The notes under the pieces are model-generated. The model was not told the DNA's origin. It saw nothing but the letters and a program-made list of their open reading frames with translations, and ran no database searches. Source: a bacterium (lineage in GTDB: Bacteria > Joyebacterota > Joyebacteria > Joyebacterales > Joyebacteraceae). From it: a stretch of DNA of 56,024 bases. Location of the stretch: positions 1 through 56,024 of the forward strand of contig JALGVN010000003.1 in the NCBI GenBank assembly GCA_025774645.1. Reading direction: 5' to 3'. The number at the start of each line of letters is the position of its first letter. Position 1 is the stretch's first letter. Of this stretch, positions 20,601-30,851 are shown in pieces. The translations under genes were made by a program, and so were the position numbers.

Positions 20601-21132
20601 CGTAGACGAGCCGGCCGGCCGTGAGCTCCGACGTGCCCTCGTGGTCGACGACCACGACGTCGCCCTCGCAGTGCGCGATCTGCTCGCGGCGGAGGACCTC
20701 GATGCGCCGGGCCGTCGTGACGCCGGTCGTGTCCGAGTAGGACGGGTTCCCCGTGAGGATGGCGACGTCGGTGCTCTGGTAGTAGGTGAGGGTGTCGCAG
20801 GCGATCGTCGTGCCGCCGTCGACGCCGTGCACGTCGCCGAAGAGGGTGGCGACGCGATCGTACTCGCGGTAGATCCCGAGGGCGCCGACGAGCGTCGCGC
20901 CGCCCCTCGTGATGGTCACGTTGTCGCGAAGGTAGATGACGCGGCCCCGGGGCGTCTCCTCTCCCTCGACGCTGTCGGCCGTGATGACGAAGCCGTCCGG
21001 GTCGGCGCCGGACCCGGCTCCGCCGGGGACGGCTCCACCGGGAATCGCGCCGCCTGTGTCCTGCGCGGCGCAGACGTGCGCGAACGCGCAGGTCAGGAAC
21101 AGGACGAGGAGGAGTCTTCCGAAGGTCTTCAA
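17638..21132 (-). CDS. lptD: LPS-assembly outer-membrane protein LptD with an expanded N-terminal multi-OstA/LptA-like module
   Basis: TTG start with signal peptide MKTFGRLLLVLFLTCAFAHVCAAQD. About 360 aa of repeated OstA-like strands follow (ITADSVEG..VIYLRDNVTITRGGATL..; LSADVIEIASDGETLRAFGNAVIRRGEIL..; GDTIHLSG..). A Pro/Glu-rich linker comes next (PDPAPPDPGIPEFEPRMPIEEEPPPVVVSPEVVPFEESPF). Then comes the canonical LptD core (VLTADEVIFD.., TTCSEPRPHYRISSGQMKVY, SGFLIPRI, YYFAPSDYWDLTLWADFY) and a long beta-barrel region. Confidence 0.7.
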   Translation of the reverse strand: MKTFGRLLLVLFLTCAFAHVCAAQDTGGAIPGGAVPGGAGSGADPDGFVITADSVEGEETPRGRVIYLRDNVTITRGGATLVGALGIYREYDRVATLFGDVHGVDGGTTIACDTLTYYQSTDVAILTGNPSYSDTTGVTTARRIEVLRREQIAHCEGDVVVVDHEGTSELTAGRLVYDFERREARAYDSPVLTTAGEGDEPDATLSADVIEIASDGETLRAFGNAVIRRGEILARARTAVLTGDSLITLEGSPVVERESDRLTGDTIHLSGTDGRISRVIALGSARTDYHIVPSSPEEEPQRGHVAGDTLTMFFQEGEPVLTTVRGRAVSEHAIGSEGEMNRVQAREIDVLFSDGEIERAVFRGDASGAYAFVSGQSAGSLREPEEGSVAPDPAPPDPGIPEFEPRMPIEEEPPPVVVSPEVVPFEESPFAESEAAQDDSVAVDVVAYAAGQIDYYVGRNRIILSGDTTVEYNTTVLTADEVIFDPDEQVLIATGAPDLRDSSERIVGNALSYDLETETGSVSHGMSTFEEGLFMGDEVIREADGTLRVRNGVFTTCSEPRPHYRISSGQMKVYLDDKVVAKPIVLYLGEIPVLPLPFFVFPIRTTRHSGFLIPRIDIGFSESTGRFVKNFGYYFAPSDYWDLTLWADFYEQTRWITNALARYKVRYKYSGSVEGSFMNEFSGGARRWDLRLRHQQEINRNWTLGATGDFRSDATYASDANQSIQDVVNRDMHSQFWARGRWSGLSVGVTLDRREDLDEGTVNSLLPKIEVAASQRPFVAAADGLAGLRGWLSKTSYSWRASGVSDRRDTPDEVVSHQGIGVGGNLKNVTRLAGRLNLTPRFDFRWNVYDRDKLGAEFPTRFTYSAGLSTGTTVYGTFFPKVGALEGIRHIIEPTASLSWVPDFEQYFDEDGSDIFYSFRGGFTSTPRERKSFGLSLVNKAQIKYESGGQVKKLDNLLRFGLTSSYDFLDEVEPWTDLLANLELRPGRPFSFRWNTRHDVYGWDLESSSLTATVNLTGRPAVLLPSEPALDQSAEMMSPADELRRQLETVSASTLLTSRPWDASLTFRYSRGSDPGNANYWTEGAVAFSLTRKWRVNYGIQYDLDDQEIASQEFTVYRDLHCWEAQFTGRYFEEEWRYYFRINVKALPEIQYERGDRYLQRRVN

Positions 21133-21189
21133 GGGACTCGCCTCGGGATGCCCGGTAAGGACCGGTTCGGGAGCGGGTCTACGCGCGCA

Positions 21190-22140
21190 TCATCCCCTGG
21201 CGATCTCGTCGCGCGCGAGGAGGGCGGCGCCGGTCGCGCCCGCGAGCTCACCCATCTCGGCCGGGACCAGACGGGGCTCGTGCCCTTCGCGGCCGCACGT
21301 CCTCGCGGCCATCTCCGCGCGGGCCGGACCGAGGAGCACCTCCCCGACCGCCGCCACGCCCCCGCCGACGACGATCACGTCGGGGTCGAGCACCTGCACG
21401 ACGTTCGCGAGGCCGGCGCCGAAGGCGCGGCCTGCCGCCTCCACGGCTGCCAGAGCCACGCGGTCTCCGCCGTTCGCGGCGTCTCCGACGTCCTTCGCCG
21501 TGAGGGAACGCTCGGCCGCGAGGGATCTCAGAGTCGACTCCTCGCCCGCGTGGATCGCGCTCACAGCGCGGCCCACGATAGACCCGGCGTTCACGAGGGT
21601 CTCGAGGCACCCGGAGCCGCCGCACACACAGTCGCCGCCGTCGATGTCGATCGTCGCGTGCCCGAACTCCCCCGCGAACCCGTGCCCTCCGCGATAGAGT
21701 CGTCCGCCGATGACGATCCCTCCACCGACTCCCGTGCCGAGTGCGATCACGACGGCGCTCGTGGTTCCGCGCGCCGCGCCGAGGAGGTACTCGGCGTAGG
21801 CAGCCGCGTTCACGTCGTTCTCGACGATCGCGGGGAGACCGATCGACGTTTCGATCAATCTTCTGAGTGGGACGCTGTTCCAGGTGGGGAGATTCGGCGA
21901 GCGCAGGACGACACCCGTCTCACGGAGGACCAGTCCGGCGCAGCCGACGCCGCAGGCCACGGGCCTCCCGGCGCCGGGCGCCGAGAGGCCGCCCGCGAGG
22001 TCGGTGGCGACGGCCACGGCCTCGTCGGGGTCGCCCCCGGACCACTGCCTGCTGCCGGACGCGACGAGCGAACCGTCCTCCGTCACGAGGCCGGCCTTGA
22101 TGTTGGTTCCGCCTATGTCGATTCCGAGAAAAGAGCCCAC
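21190..22140 (-). CDS. ROK-family sugar kinase (glucokinase-like)
   Basis: FLGIDIGGTNIKAGLV ATP-binding N-terminus, GFAGEFGH, and the ROK zinc motif CVCGGSGCLE. Confidence 0.85.
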   Translation of the reverse strand: MGSFLGIDIGGTNIKAGLVTEDGSLVASGSRQWSGGDPDEAVAVATDLAGGLSAPGAGRPVACGVGCAGLVLRETGVVLRSPNLPTWNSVPLRRLIETSIGLPAIVENDVNAAAYAEYLLGAARGTTSAVVIALGTGVGGGIVIGGRLYRGGHGFAGEFGHATIDIDGGDCVCGGSGCLETLVNAGSIVGRAVSAIHAGEESTLRSLAAERSLTAKDVGDAANGGDRVALAAVEAAGRAFGAGLANVVQVLDPDVIVVGGGVAAVGEVLLGPARAEMAARTCGREGHEPRLVPAEMGELAGATGAALLARDEIARG

Positions 22141-22146
22141 CGGGGA

Positions 22147-23265
<1,119 letters not shown>

Positions 23266-23282
23266 CTCAACCTCCCGGCTGT

Positions 23283-24599
23283 CTACGGTCTCAGGAGCTG
23301 CCCGACACCGAGGCTCGTCATGACGTCGCCGACAGTGTAGTGGGAACCCGTGATCAAGACAAGGTCTCCTTCGTGAGCCTCGGAGAGCGCGCTCTCGATC
23401 GCCGCCCCGGCGGTGGGCACGACGCGGTTCGGAAGCCCGAGGTCGGCGGCGATGACAGCCAGCTCCTCCGGATCGGCCGCTCTCGCGGCCGCGGGCCTCG
23501 TCAGGATGACGAGGTCGACGTTGTCGACAAGCTCCGCGAGGAAGCCGCGGACGTCCTTGTCCCCCATGATGCCCAGGACGACGATCACGCGTTCGGGGGC
23601 GAAGACCTCGTCGACACCCTCCATGAGCGCTCTGGCGCCGTCCGGGTTGTGGGCGACGTCCGCGACGACGGCGGGACGCCTGTCGATGATCTGCATCCGC
23701 CCGATGCAGCACGCGTCCGCGAGCCCGCTTCTGATCGCGGACTCGGACACTTCGATGAGCGCGAGCCTCTCCAGCTCGTGCAGGGCGACGAGCGCGATGA
23801 TCGCGTTGTCGGCCTGATGCCTGCCGAGCATCGAGGTCGACAGCTTCTCGTAGGAATCCATGCGGTAGGAGAGGTCGAAGACGTTGCCGTTCGGCGTGAC
23901 AGACAGGTTGCCCACGATCGCGTCTTCGAAGACGGGGATGAACATCGCCTTTCGCGCGGCCGTCACGCCCCGGATCACCTCCAGCGCGACGCCCTCCGCT
24001 CCGCAGACGACGACGCCGTTCTCCCTGATGATGCCGGCCTTCTCCGCGGCGATCTCCGCCGTGTCGCTGCCGAGCACCTCGGTGTGGTCGATCGCGACCC
24101 GCGTGATGACCGAGAGGACGGCGTCGAGCGCGTTCGTCGCGTCGAGCCGCCCGCCGAGCCCCACCTCGGCAACGACCAGGTCGACGCTCTCCTCGGCGAA
24201 GTAGAGCGCGGCCGCCGCCGTCGCGATCTCGAAGAACGTGGCTTCGATCTCGTCGGCGCCGGGCTTCAGCCTCTCGACGAGGTCGAGCACCCGGTCCGGC
24301 TCGATCCGGCTGCCGTCGATCGTGATGCGCTCTGTGAAGTCGACAACGTGGGGCGACGTGTAGAGGCCCGTGCGCACCCCGTGCTCGGAGAGCATCGAGG
24401 CGATCATGCACGAGGTCGAGCCCTTGCCGTTGGTGCCGCCGACGTGGACGACCCGGTACTTCTCGTGCGGGCTGCCCACCGTTGCGAGGAGCCACTCGAC
24501 ACGCTCAAGCCCGGGCTTCATGACGAATCTGTGTCTGGCGAACAACCAGTCGAGGCACGACTGGTAGGAATCAAAGACCCTGTTTTCTTGCCTGGCCAA
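23283..24599 (-). CDS. folC: Bifunctional folylpolyglutamate synthase / dihydrofolate synthase
   Basis: [15 protein letters not shown]-loop, [13 protein letters not shown], Mur-ligase middle and C-terminal domains. TTG start at 24599 overlaps the accD 3' end by 29 nt. Confidence 0.88.
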   Translation of the reverse strand: MARQENRVFDSYQSCLDWLFARHRFVMKPGLERVEWLLATVGSPHEKYRVVHVGGTNGKGSTSCMIASMLSEHGVRTGLYTSPHVVDFTERITIDGSRIEPDRVLDLVERLKPGADEIEATFFEIATAAAALYFAEESVDLVVAEVGLGGRLDATNALDAVLSVITRVAIDHTEVLGSDTAEIAAEKAGIIRENGVVVCGAEGVALEVIRGVTAARKAMFIPVFEDAIVGNLSVTPNGNVFDLSYRMDSYEKLSTSMLGRHQADNAIIALVALHELERLALIEVSESAIRSGLADACCIGRMQIIDRRPAVVADVAHNPDGARALMEGVDEVFAPERVIVVLGIMGDKDVRGFLAELVDNVDLVILTRPAAARAADPEELAVIAADLGLPNRVVPTAGAAIESALSEAHEGDLVLITGSHYTVGDVMTSLGVGQLLRP

Positions 24600-25473
24600 G
24601 CGTGTCCTCCGCGCGGTCCGGTCCGTCGTTCGTGAAGAAGTCGAGCACCTTGACGACGGCGTCCTTGAGCTCCTTGCGGTGCACGACGATGTCTATCATA
24701 CCGTGCTCCATCAGGAACTCGGAGCGCTGGAAGCCCTCGGGAAGGTCCTCTCGGATCGTCTGCTGGATCACCCTCGGCCCGGCGAAGCCGATGAGCGCAC
24801 CGGGCTCGGCCACGATCACGTCCCCCAGGGACGCGAAGCTCGCGGTGACGCCCCCGGTCGTCGGGTGCCCCTGTATCGCGACGTGCAGGAGGCCCTCCTC
24901 GTGGAGCCTCGCGAGCATCGCGCTCGTCTTGGCCATCTGCATGAGCGAGAGGATCCCCTCCTGCATCCGGGCGCCCCCCGTGCTCGAGAGGGTGATGAGC
25001 GGGACGCGTTCCTCGATCGCCATCCGTGTGAGCCGGGCGATCTTCTCCCCCATCACCGACCCCATGCTCCCGCCGAGGAAGCCGAAGTCGAGGAGCGCGA
25101 GCATCGCGAGGTGACCGCCCAACCGCCCGCTTCCCGTCAGCACCGCCGAGTTGTGCCCCGTCTTCTTCTTCGCGGCCACGAGCCTGTCTGAGTACTTCTT
25201 CGAGTCGACGAATCCGAGCGGATCGACCGACTCGATCCCCGTGAGGAGCTCGACGAAGCTGCCGGCGTCGACCAGGATGTCCCGGTACTGGTTCGCCTGG
25301 AGCCGGAAGTGGTACCCGCACTTGTTGCAGGTCCACAGGTTCCGCTCGAGCTCCTTGTGGTAGATGATCTCGCCGCACCCCTCGCACTTGCGCCAGAGGC
25401 CGTCGGGCATCTCCCGCTTCTTGGTCTCTTTGATGCCGCGCTTACGCCGCTTGAGCCACGATACCTGGTCCAT
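24571..25473 (-). CDS. accD: Acetyl-CoA carboxylase carboxyltransferase subunit beta
   Basis: Zn-ribbon WRKCEGCGEIIYHKELERNLWTCNKCGYHFR, then the carboxyltransferase core (GGSMGSVMGEK, GGARMQEG). Start trimmed to ATG 25473, giving MDQVSWLKRRK. Confidence 0.92.
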   Translation of the reverse strand: MDQVSWLKRRKRGIKETKKREMPDGLWRKCEGCGEIIYHKELERNLWTCNKCGYHFRLQANQYRDILVDAGSFVELLTGIESVDPLGFVDSKKYSDRLVAAKKKTGHNSAVLTGSGRLGGHLAMLALLDFGFLGGSMGSVMGEKIARLTRMAIEERVPLITLSSTGGARMQEGILSLMQMAKTSAMLARLHEEGLLHVAIQGHPTTGGVTASFASLGDVIVAEPGALIGFAGPRVIQQTIREDLPEGFQRSEFLMEHGMIDIVVHRKELKDAVVKVLDFFTNDGPDRAEDTLGQARKQGL

Positions 25474-25570
25474 GCGCAAACCCCTCCCGACGAGGGTTCT
25501 CCTCGAGTCGTCCGGCCCGGCGCCCGTCTGGGCGGACCGGCCCAGGCGCGCCTCCTGGCGCACCTCCATA

Positions 25571-26404
25571 TTATAGCCCCTCGGCGACCCCCGAGACGAG
25601 CGAAAGGAGACGACGGCCTCCCTCCCGTCCCGCCGCGAGGACCTCCTTGTGGGTCGTCTCGTGGAAGCGCCCCGGGAGCGGGACGTTCGTGACGAGGGAG
25701 ATCCCGAGGACCTCGAGGCCCCGTGCGGCGGCCGTCTGGACCTCCGGAACGGTCGACATCCCGACCGCAGACGCCCCAGCCATGCGCGCGAGGCCGATCT
25801 CGGCAGGGGTCTCGTAGGTCGGACCGAGCGAACCCAGGTATACGCCCTCGCGGAGCCGGATGCCGCGCTCCGCCGCGGCGCCGCGGGCGAGGCCCTGAAG
25901 ACGCTCCGAGTAGGCTCCCCCCATGCGGAACGTGCCCCCCGCGAGCGCGCCCGTCAGCCTGCGCGGTCCCGAGATCATCGAGATCTGGTCGCGGATGAGC
26001 ATCAGGTCGCCCACTTCGAACCCGGGGTCGAGACCGCCGGCGGCGTTCGTCACGACGAGCACGGGGACGCCGAGCCTCCCGACGAGCCTGACCGCGAACG
26101 TCACGTCGGACGGCGGCCGGTCCTCGTAGTGATGCACGCGTCCGGAGAAAACGAGCGCCTGTCTGTCCCCCAGTCTGCCGGCCACGACCGAGCCCGCGTG
26201 GCCGCTCACCGCGGGCGCCGGCATGCCCGGCACGTCGGCGTACGGAACGACCACAGGGTCCTGCACGCCCTCGCCGAACGACGAGAGGCCCGAACCGAGG
26301 ACGACCGCGAGCGCCGGGTCTCCGATCCCGCGCTTCTCGAGGAGCTTCGCGGCGCGCGCGACGTCGCGGTCCGCATCGCCCCGATCTCTGAGTCTCGCGC
26401 TCAC
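25571..26404 (-). CDS. punA: Purine nucleoside phosphorylase (trimeric PNP-I / PunA type)
   Basis: VVLGSGLSSF, SGHAGSVVAGRL, SGRVHHYE, VTNAAGGL, GPTYETPAEI, VGMSTVPE. GTG start at 26404 overlaps the rimI stop (GTGA). The 679-aa track ORF is read-through. Confidence 0.88.
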   Translation of the reverse strand: MSARLRDRGDADRDVARAAKLLEKRGIGDPALAVVLGSGLSSFGEGVQDPVVVPYADVPGMPAPAVSGHAGSVVAGRLGDRQALVFSGRVHHYEDRPPSDVTFAVRLVGRLGVPVLVVTNAAGGLDPGFEVGDLMLIRDQISMISGPRRLTGALAGGTFRMGGAYSERLQGLARGAAAERGIRLREGVYLGSLGPTYETPAEIGLARMAGASAVGMSTVPEVQTAAARGLEVLGISLVTNVPLPGRFHETTHKEVLAAGREGGRRLLSLVSGVAEGL

Positions 26405-26871
26405 TCCGCGTCCTCCGGGGAGAGTTCCCTCATCATGACGAGCGCGTCCTCTCCGGTGTCCGAGTAGTACCTCGCTCTCATCGCGATCCCCCGGAAGGAG
26501 AATCGTTCGTAGAGCGCAATCGCCTGCTCGTTCGAGACGCGCACTTCCAGGGTGGCGTAGGTCACGCCCCGCGCCGCCGCGCTGCCGAGCGACGCCTCGA
26601 CGAGCGCCGCCCCGATGCCCTCGCCCCGGACGTCGGGATCGACCGCGACATTCCCGATGTGCAGCTCGTCGACGACGAGCCACGAGATCAGGTAGCCGAC
26701 AAGGACTCCCTCCCTCTCGGCGATCCACGAGACGGCGGCCTTGCTCTTGATCACCTCCATCTCGAACGCCTCGCGAGACCACGGCGTGTCGAATGAGACG
26801 TTCTCGATCCGGCAGACGCCGTCCAGGTCGCGCATCGTCATCGGTCTGATGCTGAGGTCGGAACCTGCCAC
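26401..26871 (-). CDS. rimI: Ribosomal-protein-alanine N-acetyltransferase (GNAT)
   Basis: IRPMTMRDLDGVCRIENVSFDTPWS, then HIGNVAVDPDVRGEGIGAALV (acetyl-CoA motif). Sits in the typical tsaE-tsaB-rimI arrangement. Confidence 0.85.
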   Translation of the reverse strand: MAGSDLSIRPMTMRDLDGVCRIENVSFDTPWSREAFEMEVIKSKAAVSWIAEREGVLVGYLISWLVVDELHIGNVAVDPDVRGEGIGAALVEASLGSAAARGVTYATLEVRVSNEQAIALYERFSFRGIAMRARYYSDTGEDALVMMRELSPEDAE

Positions 26872-26913
26872 TTCCCCTCCGCGCCGCGGTGCGCTGTCCC
26901 GGGCCCGCCGGGT

Positions 26914-27426
26914 TCAGAGTCCCCTGAGATAGACGGGCTCGAGCGAGTCGAGGTCGGTCGGTGTCTCGTGGTGGTCGCCGGTCAGGCGGCGCGCCGCCTC
27001 GAACGCCGCTTCGGCGACCGCGGCAGGGGACGGCGCATCGATCTCCGGGGACGGGAAGGTCGCCCTGTCGCCCAGAACGGTCCCGACGAGATGGCAGACG
27101 AGTCCGTCGAAGACGCCACCGCTTCCGGCGAGGGCCTCGAGCGTCGGGGCGGGCAGCACCGGAACGCCCGATGCCGCAGCGAGGCCCTTCGCCGTCGACA
27201 GGCCCACGCGGAGACCGGTGAACCTCCCAGGACCGATCGAGACGGCGATGGCGTCGAGCCGTTCGAGCGGCGTTCCCGACGTCTCGAGCACGGACGAGAC
27301 CGCCGCAAGAAGCTCGTCGGCCTGCCCTCTCCCGGCGACCCGGCGCTCCGATGCGAGCACGGCGCCGTCGTCCACGACGGCGACTTCCTCGCTCGGCGTC
27401 GATGTCTCGATCGTGAGAACGCGCAC
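26914..27426 (-). CDS. tsaB: tRNA t6A biosynthesis protein TsaB (YeaZ)
   Basis: VRVLTIETSTPSEEVAVV and AIAVSIGPGRFTGLRVGLSTAKGLA. I prefer GTG 27426 (GGAGGG upstream); the track's ATG 27456 is an alternative. Confidence 0.83.
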   Translation of the reverse strand: MRVLTIETSTPSEEVAVVDDGAVLASERRVAGRGQADELLAAVSSVLETSGTPLERLDAIAVSIGPGRFTGLRVGLSTAKGLAAASGVPVLPAPTLEALAGSGGVFDGLVCHLVGTVLGDRATFPSPEIDAPSPAAVAEAAFEAARRLTGDHHETPTDLDSLEPVYLRGL

Positions 27427-27462
27427 GGTCCCTCCGGTGCGGCGGTTCGACCGCATCCCGCC

Positions 27463-27936
27463 TCAGTTCTCGGCCGCGAGCCTCCCGAGAACCGCGGCCG
27501 CCCGAACTCCCCGCGCCTCGATCGCGAGCACCCGCCCGTCGCGGCCTGTCATCCCGATCCTGACCTCGAGCCGTTCCGCGGGGAGCAGCTCCGGCGCGCG
27601 GTCGGCCCACTCGACGAGGGCGACGCCGTCGCCGAAGAAGAGCTCGCGGTACCCGATGTCGTGAAGCGAGTCCGCTCCCTCGACCCGGTAGAGGTCGACG
27701 TGGTAGATGGGGGCGCGGCCGTCGTACTCGTTGACGATGACGAACGAGGGACTCGAAACGTACCCGTCGAACCCGAGCCCCCGCGCGATCCCCTGGATCA
27801 TCACGGTCTTGCCGCTCCCGAGATCGCCCGTGAGGGCGACGAGGTCGCCCGGCTCGAGCAGCGCGCCGAGCGCGCGCCCGAGCTCCCGCGTCTCGTCCGG
27901 GGAGGACGTTCGGAAGCGTTCGGAGCCCGTGTCCAT
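27463..27936 (-). CDS. tsaE: tRNA t6A biosynthesis ATPase TsaE (YjeE)
   Basis: LTGDLGSGKTVMIQGIARGLG P-loop, SPSFVIVNEY, HVDLYRV. Start trimmed to ATG 27936. Confidence 0.85.
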   Translation of the reverse strand: MDTGSERFRTSSPDETRELGRALGALLEPGDLVALTGDLGSGKTVMIQGIARGLGFDGYVSSPSFVIVNEYDGRAPIYHVDLYRVEGADSLHDIGYRELFFGDGVALVEWADRAPELLPAERLEVRIGMTGRDGRVLAIEARGVRAAAVLGRLAAEN

Positions 27937-27944
27937 GACCCTCG

Positions 27945-29510
27945 CTATGTCCTCGGGAGCATGACGGCGCAGGGCAGGATCATCTCCTCGAGCGAGATCC
28001 CGCCGTGCTGGAAGCTGCCCTTGTACTGGCGCTCGTAGCGGTGGAACTCCGTCGGGTAGACGAAGTAGTAGTCTTCCTTGGCGATCGCGTACTGCTTGCT
28101 CGCCCCGTCGCTCGGCAGCCTGTACTCGGACGGCACCTTGATCAGGAAGGTCTCCTTCTCGTCGCACCCGAGGTTGCTGCCGAACTTGTACCGGAGGTTG
28201 GTCGAGGTCTCCCGGTTCCCGCGGATGAGCGCGGCACGGCGGCCCAGCACGGCACCGTGATCGGTGGTGAGGACGACCGTCGCCTTCTGGCGCGCCATCT
28301 CGGCGATGATGTGGTAGAGCGCCGAGTGATTGAACCACGACCGGACGAGCGACCTGAACGCCGGCTCGTCGGGAGCGATCTCCTGGAGGATCTCGGACTC
28401 CGACCTCGAGTGCGAGAGAATGTCGACGAAGTTGTAGACGAGTGACACGAACTGGTGATCGTGCATCGACGACATCTGCCGGCGCACGCTGTCCGCCTCG
28501 TTCTTCTCATAGATCTTCACGTACTTGTGCTCGGGCGACAGGCGGATGCCGTGCCGTCTGAGCTGGATGTCCATGAGCTGGCGCTCGTAGCGGTTCTTGC
28601 TGAAGTCGTTCTTCGCGTTCCTCCTCCACAGGTCGGGGAAGTGGTTCGTGAGCTCGATCGGGTAGAGTCCGCTGAAGAGCGCGTTCCTCGAGTACGGAGT
28701 CGCGGTCGGGAGGATCGAGTAGTAGAAGTGATTGGTGATGTTGAAGAACGGCTCGAGACTCGGCATGAGACTCATCCAGTGGTCGAGCCGCATGCAGTCG
28801 AGCACGACGAAGTAGACCTTCTCCTTCGCCTTGAGCCTGGGCGCGACGTGGGTCTCGAAGATGTCGACCGAGAGCGGCGGGCTGCCTTCGGCGCCGTTGA
28901 CCCAGTCGTGGTAGACCTCGACCATGAAGCGCCCGAACTCTACGTTCGCCGACTGCTCCAGGTCGGTGTGTGTCTGCCGGAGGCCGGGGTCGCGGAACCT
29001 GTCGAGCTCGAGGTCCCAGTTGACCAACCGGACGTAGAGATGGATCCACTCCTCCCAGTCGAGAGGACCCATGAGCCGGGAGCGGATCTCGCTGAACTCC
29101 TGAGCGTACGTCTGCGCGAGCTGGTCCCGGAGGAGCCTGCGCCCATCGAGGATGCGCTTGATGGCCAGGAAGACCTGCGTCGGCTTGACCGGCTTGATGA
29201 GGAAGTCGTCGATGCGCTTCCCGAGCGCGTCGTTCATCAACTCCTCTTCCTCGCTCTTCGTCACCATCACCACCGGAAGAGAGGGGTCGAACTCCTTGAT
29301 CTCCCCAAGCGTCTCGAGCCCGTCCATCCCCAGCATCATCTCGTCGAGAAGAACGAGATCGAAGTTCCCCTCCTTCAGACGGTCGATCGCCTCCTCACCT
29401 CCCGAAGCCGTGCCGACGTCGAACCCTTTCTGCTCGAGAAAGATGATGTGCGGCTTGAGCATGTCGATCTCATCGTCCACCCAGAGTATCTTCCGCGTCG
29501 GTGCGTCCAT
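27945..29510 (-). CDS. porX: PorX-like response regulator: CheY receiver fused to a PglZ/alkaline-phosphatase-superfamily domain
   Basis: Receiver KILWVDDEIDML...DLVLLDEMMLGMDG...FLIKPV. A roughly 380-aa domain follows (VYFVVLDCMRLDHW, TATPYSRNALFSGLYP, LTTDHG, HGGISLEEMILP) matching the PglZ/AP-superfamily pattern. Total length of 521 aa resembles the T9SS regulator PorX. Confidence 0.78.
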   Translation of the reverse strand: MDAPTRKILWVDDEIDMLKPHIIFLEQKGFDVGTASGGEEAIDRLKEGNFDLVLLDEMMLGMDGLETLGEIKEFDPSLPVVMVTKSEEEELMNDALGKRIDDFLIKPVKPTQVFLAIKRILDGRRLLRDQLAQTYAQEFSEIRSRLMGPLDWEEWIHLYVRLVNWDLELDRFRDPGLRQTHTDLEQSANVEFGRFMVEVYHDWVNGAEGSPPLSVDIFETHVAPRLKAKEKVYFVVLDCMRLDHWMSLMPSLEPFFNITNHFYYSILPTATPYSRNALFSGLYPIELTNHFPDLWRRNAKNDFSKNRYERQLMDIQLRRHGIRLSPEHKYVKIYEKNEADSVRRQMSSMHDHQFVSLVYNFVDILSHSRSESEILQEIAPDEPAFRSLVRSWFNHSALYHIIAEMARQKATVVLTTDHGAVLGRRAALIRGNRETSTNLRYKFGSNLGCDEKETFLIKVPSEYRLPSDGASKQYAIAKEDYYFVYPTEFHRYERQYKGSFQHGGISLEEMILPCAVMLPRT

Positions 29511-29573
29511 CTGAAGCCGCCCTTCTTCCAGTTCGCCCGTTCAGGTCCGTTCGCTGTGGTCGGCCCGCGGCCG

Positions 29574-30851
29574 TCAGCTCACCGGGAGCGAGACGACGAA
29601 CGTCGTCCCCTTCCCCGTTTCCGACCAACTGACGTAGAGCCGCCCCTTGTGGTACTCGTCGATGATGCGTCGGGCGAGCGCGAGCCCCAACCCCCACCCC
29701 TTCCTCTTGGTCGAGTAGCCAGGGGCGAAGATCCGACGCCGCTCGGCCGGCGAGAGCCCCTTGCCGTTGTCGGTGAAGAAGATCTTCACCGCGCCCTCTT
29801 TGGCCGCGTACTCCGTCGAGATCTCGATGAGGCCGCCCCGTTGGGGGAGCGCCTCCGCGGAGTTCTTCACGAGGTTCTCGATGACCCACTCCATGAGCTC
29901 CCTGTTGATCTCGACGGGCGGGAGCTCCGCGTAGCGCTCCCGGACCTCGACGTCCTTGCCGAGCGCGGCGAGCCGGCGTCTCAGATAGTCGATCGCCTCT
30001 CGAAGCACGATGACGAGGTCCTGTCTCCTGGTCTTCGGGACCGAGCCGATCTGATTGAACCTGAGAGAGATCTTCTCGAGCCGCTCGAGGTCGCGCTGCA
30101 TCTCCCTCGTCATCCGCGTGATCTCGCCCACGTCGCACCCTTCGATGGCCATCTCCCTGATGAGCTCGATCCAGCCCATGAGGGACGAGATCGGCGTTCC
30201 AAGCTGGTGCGCCGTCTCCTTCGCCATTCCGACCCAGATCGACCGGAGCTCCGCGACCTTCGCGTTCCGGAACCCGAGGAACCCGAGCGCCGCGAGGACG
30301 CCGAACGCGACGAGCTCGAGCGCGGGCATGTACCGCATCTCACGGACGAGGCTCGACTCGCCGTAGTGGATGTACCCCATGACGGTCTCGGAACCGGGGT
30401 GCGTCATGGGGATCGGTGTGTGCAGGCGGTCGAGCTCGCGGGTGAAGATCATCACCCCGCCGAGCGACGTGTCGGGCGGATTCTCGGGGCTCGCGTCCAG
30501 GTACTCCTGGTGCGTCACCTCGTACGGGTCGATCTCGAGCGGGAGACCCCGCCACGTGATCGGCACGCCGCGGACGTCCGAGATGACGATCGGGAAGTTG
30601 ATGCGCTCGATCAGGTCGGAGAAGATCGCGCGGAGCTCCTCGTTCTCCCTGGCCGCGTAGGTCGCCGAGGCGCAGAGGCCCGCGATCGACCGCGAGAGCG
30701 TGTCGGTCTGGTGCTCGAGACGCCTGATCATGTTGTTCGTGTAGAGGAAGATCGCGAGCGCGAGGACGGAGATCGCCACGAAGACGTACGCCCGGGACCG
30801 AATCGCTCCCAGCCGCTCACCGTCGGCCCATTTTGTTTTCCGAGCGGGCAT
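29574..30851 (-). CDS. Sensor histidine kinase (PorY-like partner of the PorX-like regulator)
   Basis: Two TM helices flank a roughly 150-aa periplasmic domain. HisKA H-box ETAHQLGTPISSLMGW. HATPase N/G boxes (LVKNSAEAL, DNGKGL, GWGLGLA). I prefer ATG 30851 (GAGGAG, 7-nt spacing) over the track's GTG 30857. Confidence 0.85.
   Translation of the reverse strand: MPARKTKWADGERLGAIRSRAYVFVAISVLALAIFLYTNNMIRRLEHQTDTLSRSIAGLCASATYAARENEELRAIFSDLIERINFPIVISDVRGVPITWRGLPLEIDPYEVTHQEYLDASPENPPDTSLGGVMIFTRELDRLHTPIPMTHPGSETVMGYIHYGESSLVREMRYMPALELVAFGVLAALGFLGFRNAKVAELRSIWVGMAKETAHQLGTPISSLMGWIELIREMAIEGCDVGEITRMTREMQRDLERLEKISLRFNQIGSVPKTRRQDLVIVLREAIDYLRRRLAALGKDVEVRERYAELPPVEINRELMEWVIENLVKNSAEALPQRGGLIEISTEYAAKEGAVKIFFTDNGKGLSPAERRRIFAPGYSTKRKGWGLGLALARRIIDEYHKGRLYVSWSETGKGTTFVVSLPVS

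Noticed and set aside
25570-25575. Perfect TATAAT on the minus strand at the punA stop codon, as a possible accD promoter
   Set aside because: The sequence 17-18 nt upstream (cgtctc) has no resemblance to a -35 element, and there is no extended -10 TG. The match overlaps the TAA stop (CTATAA) and may be chance.
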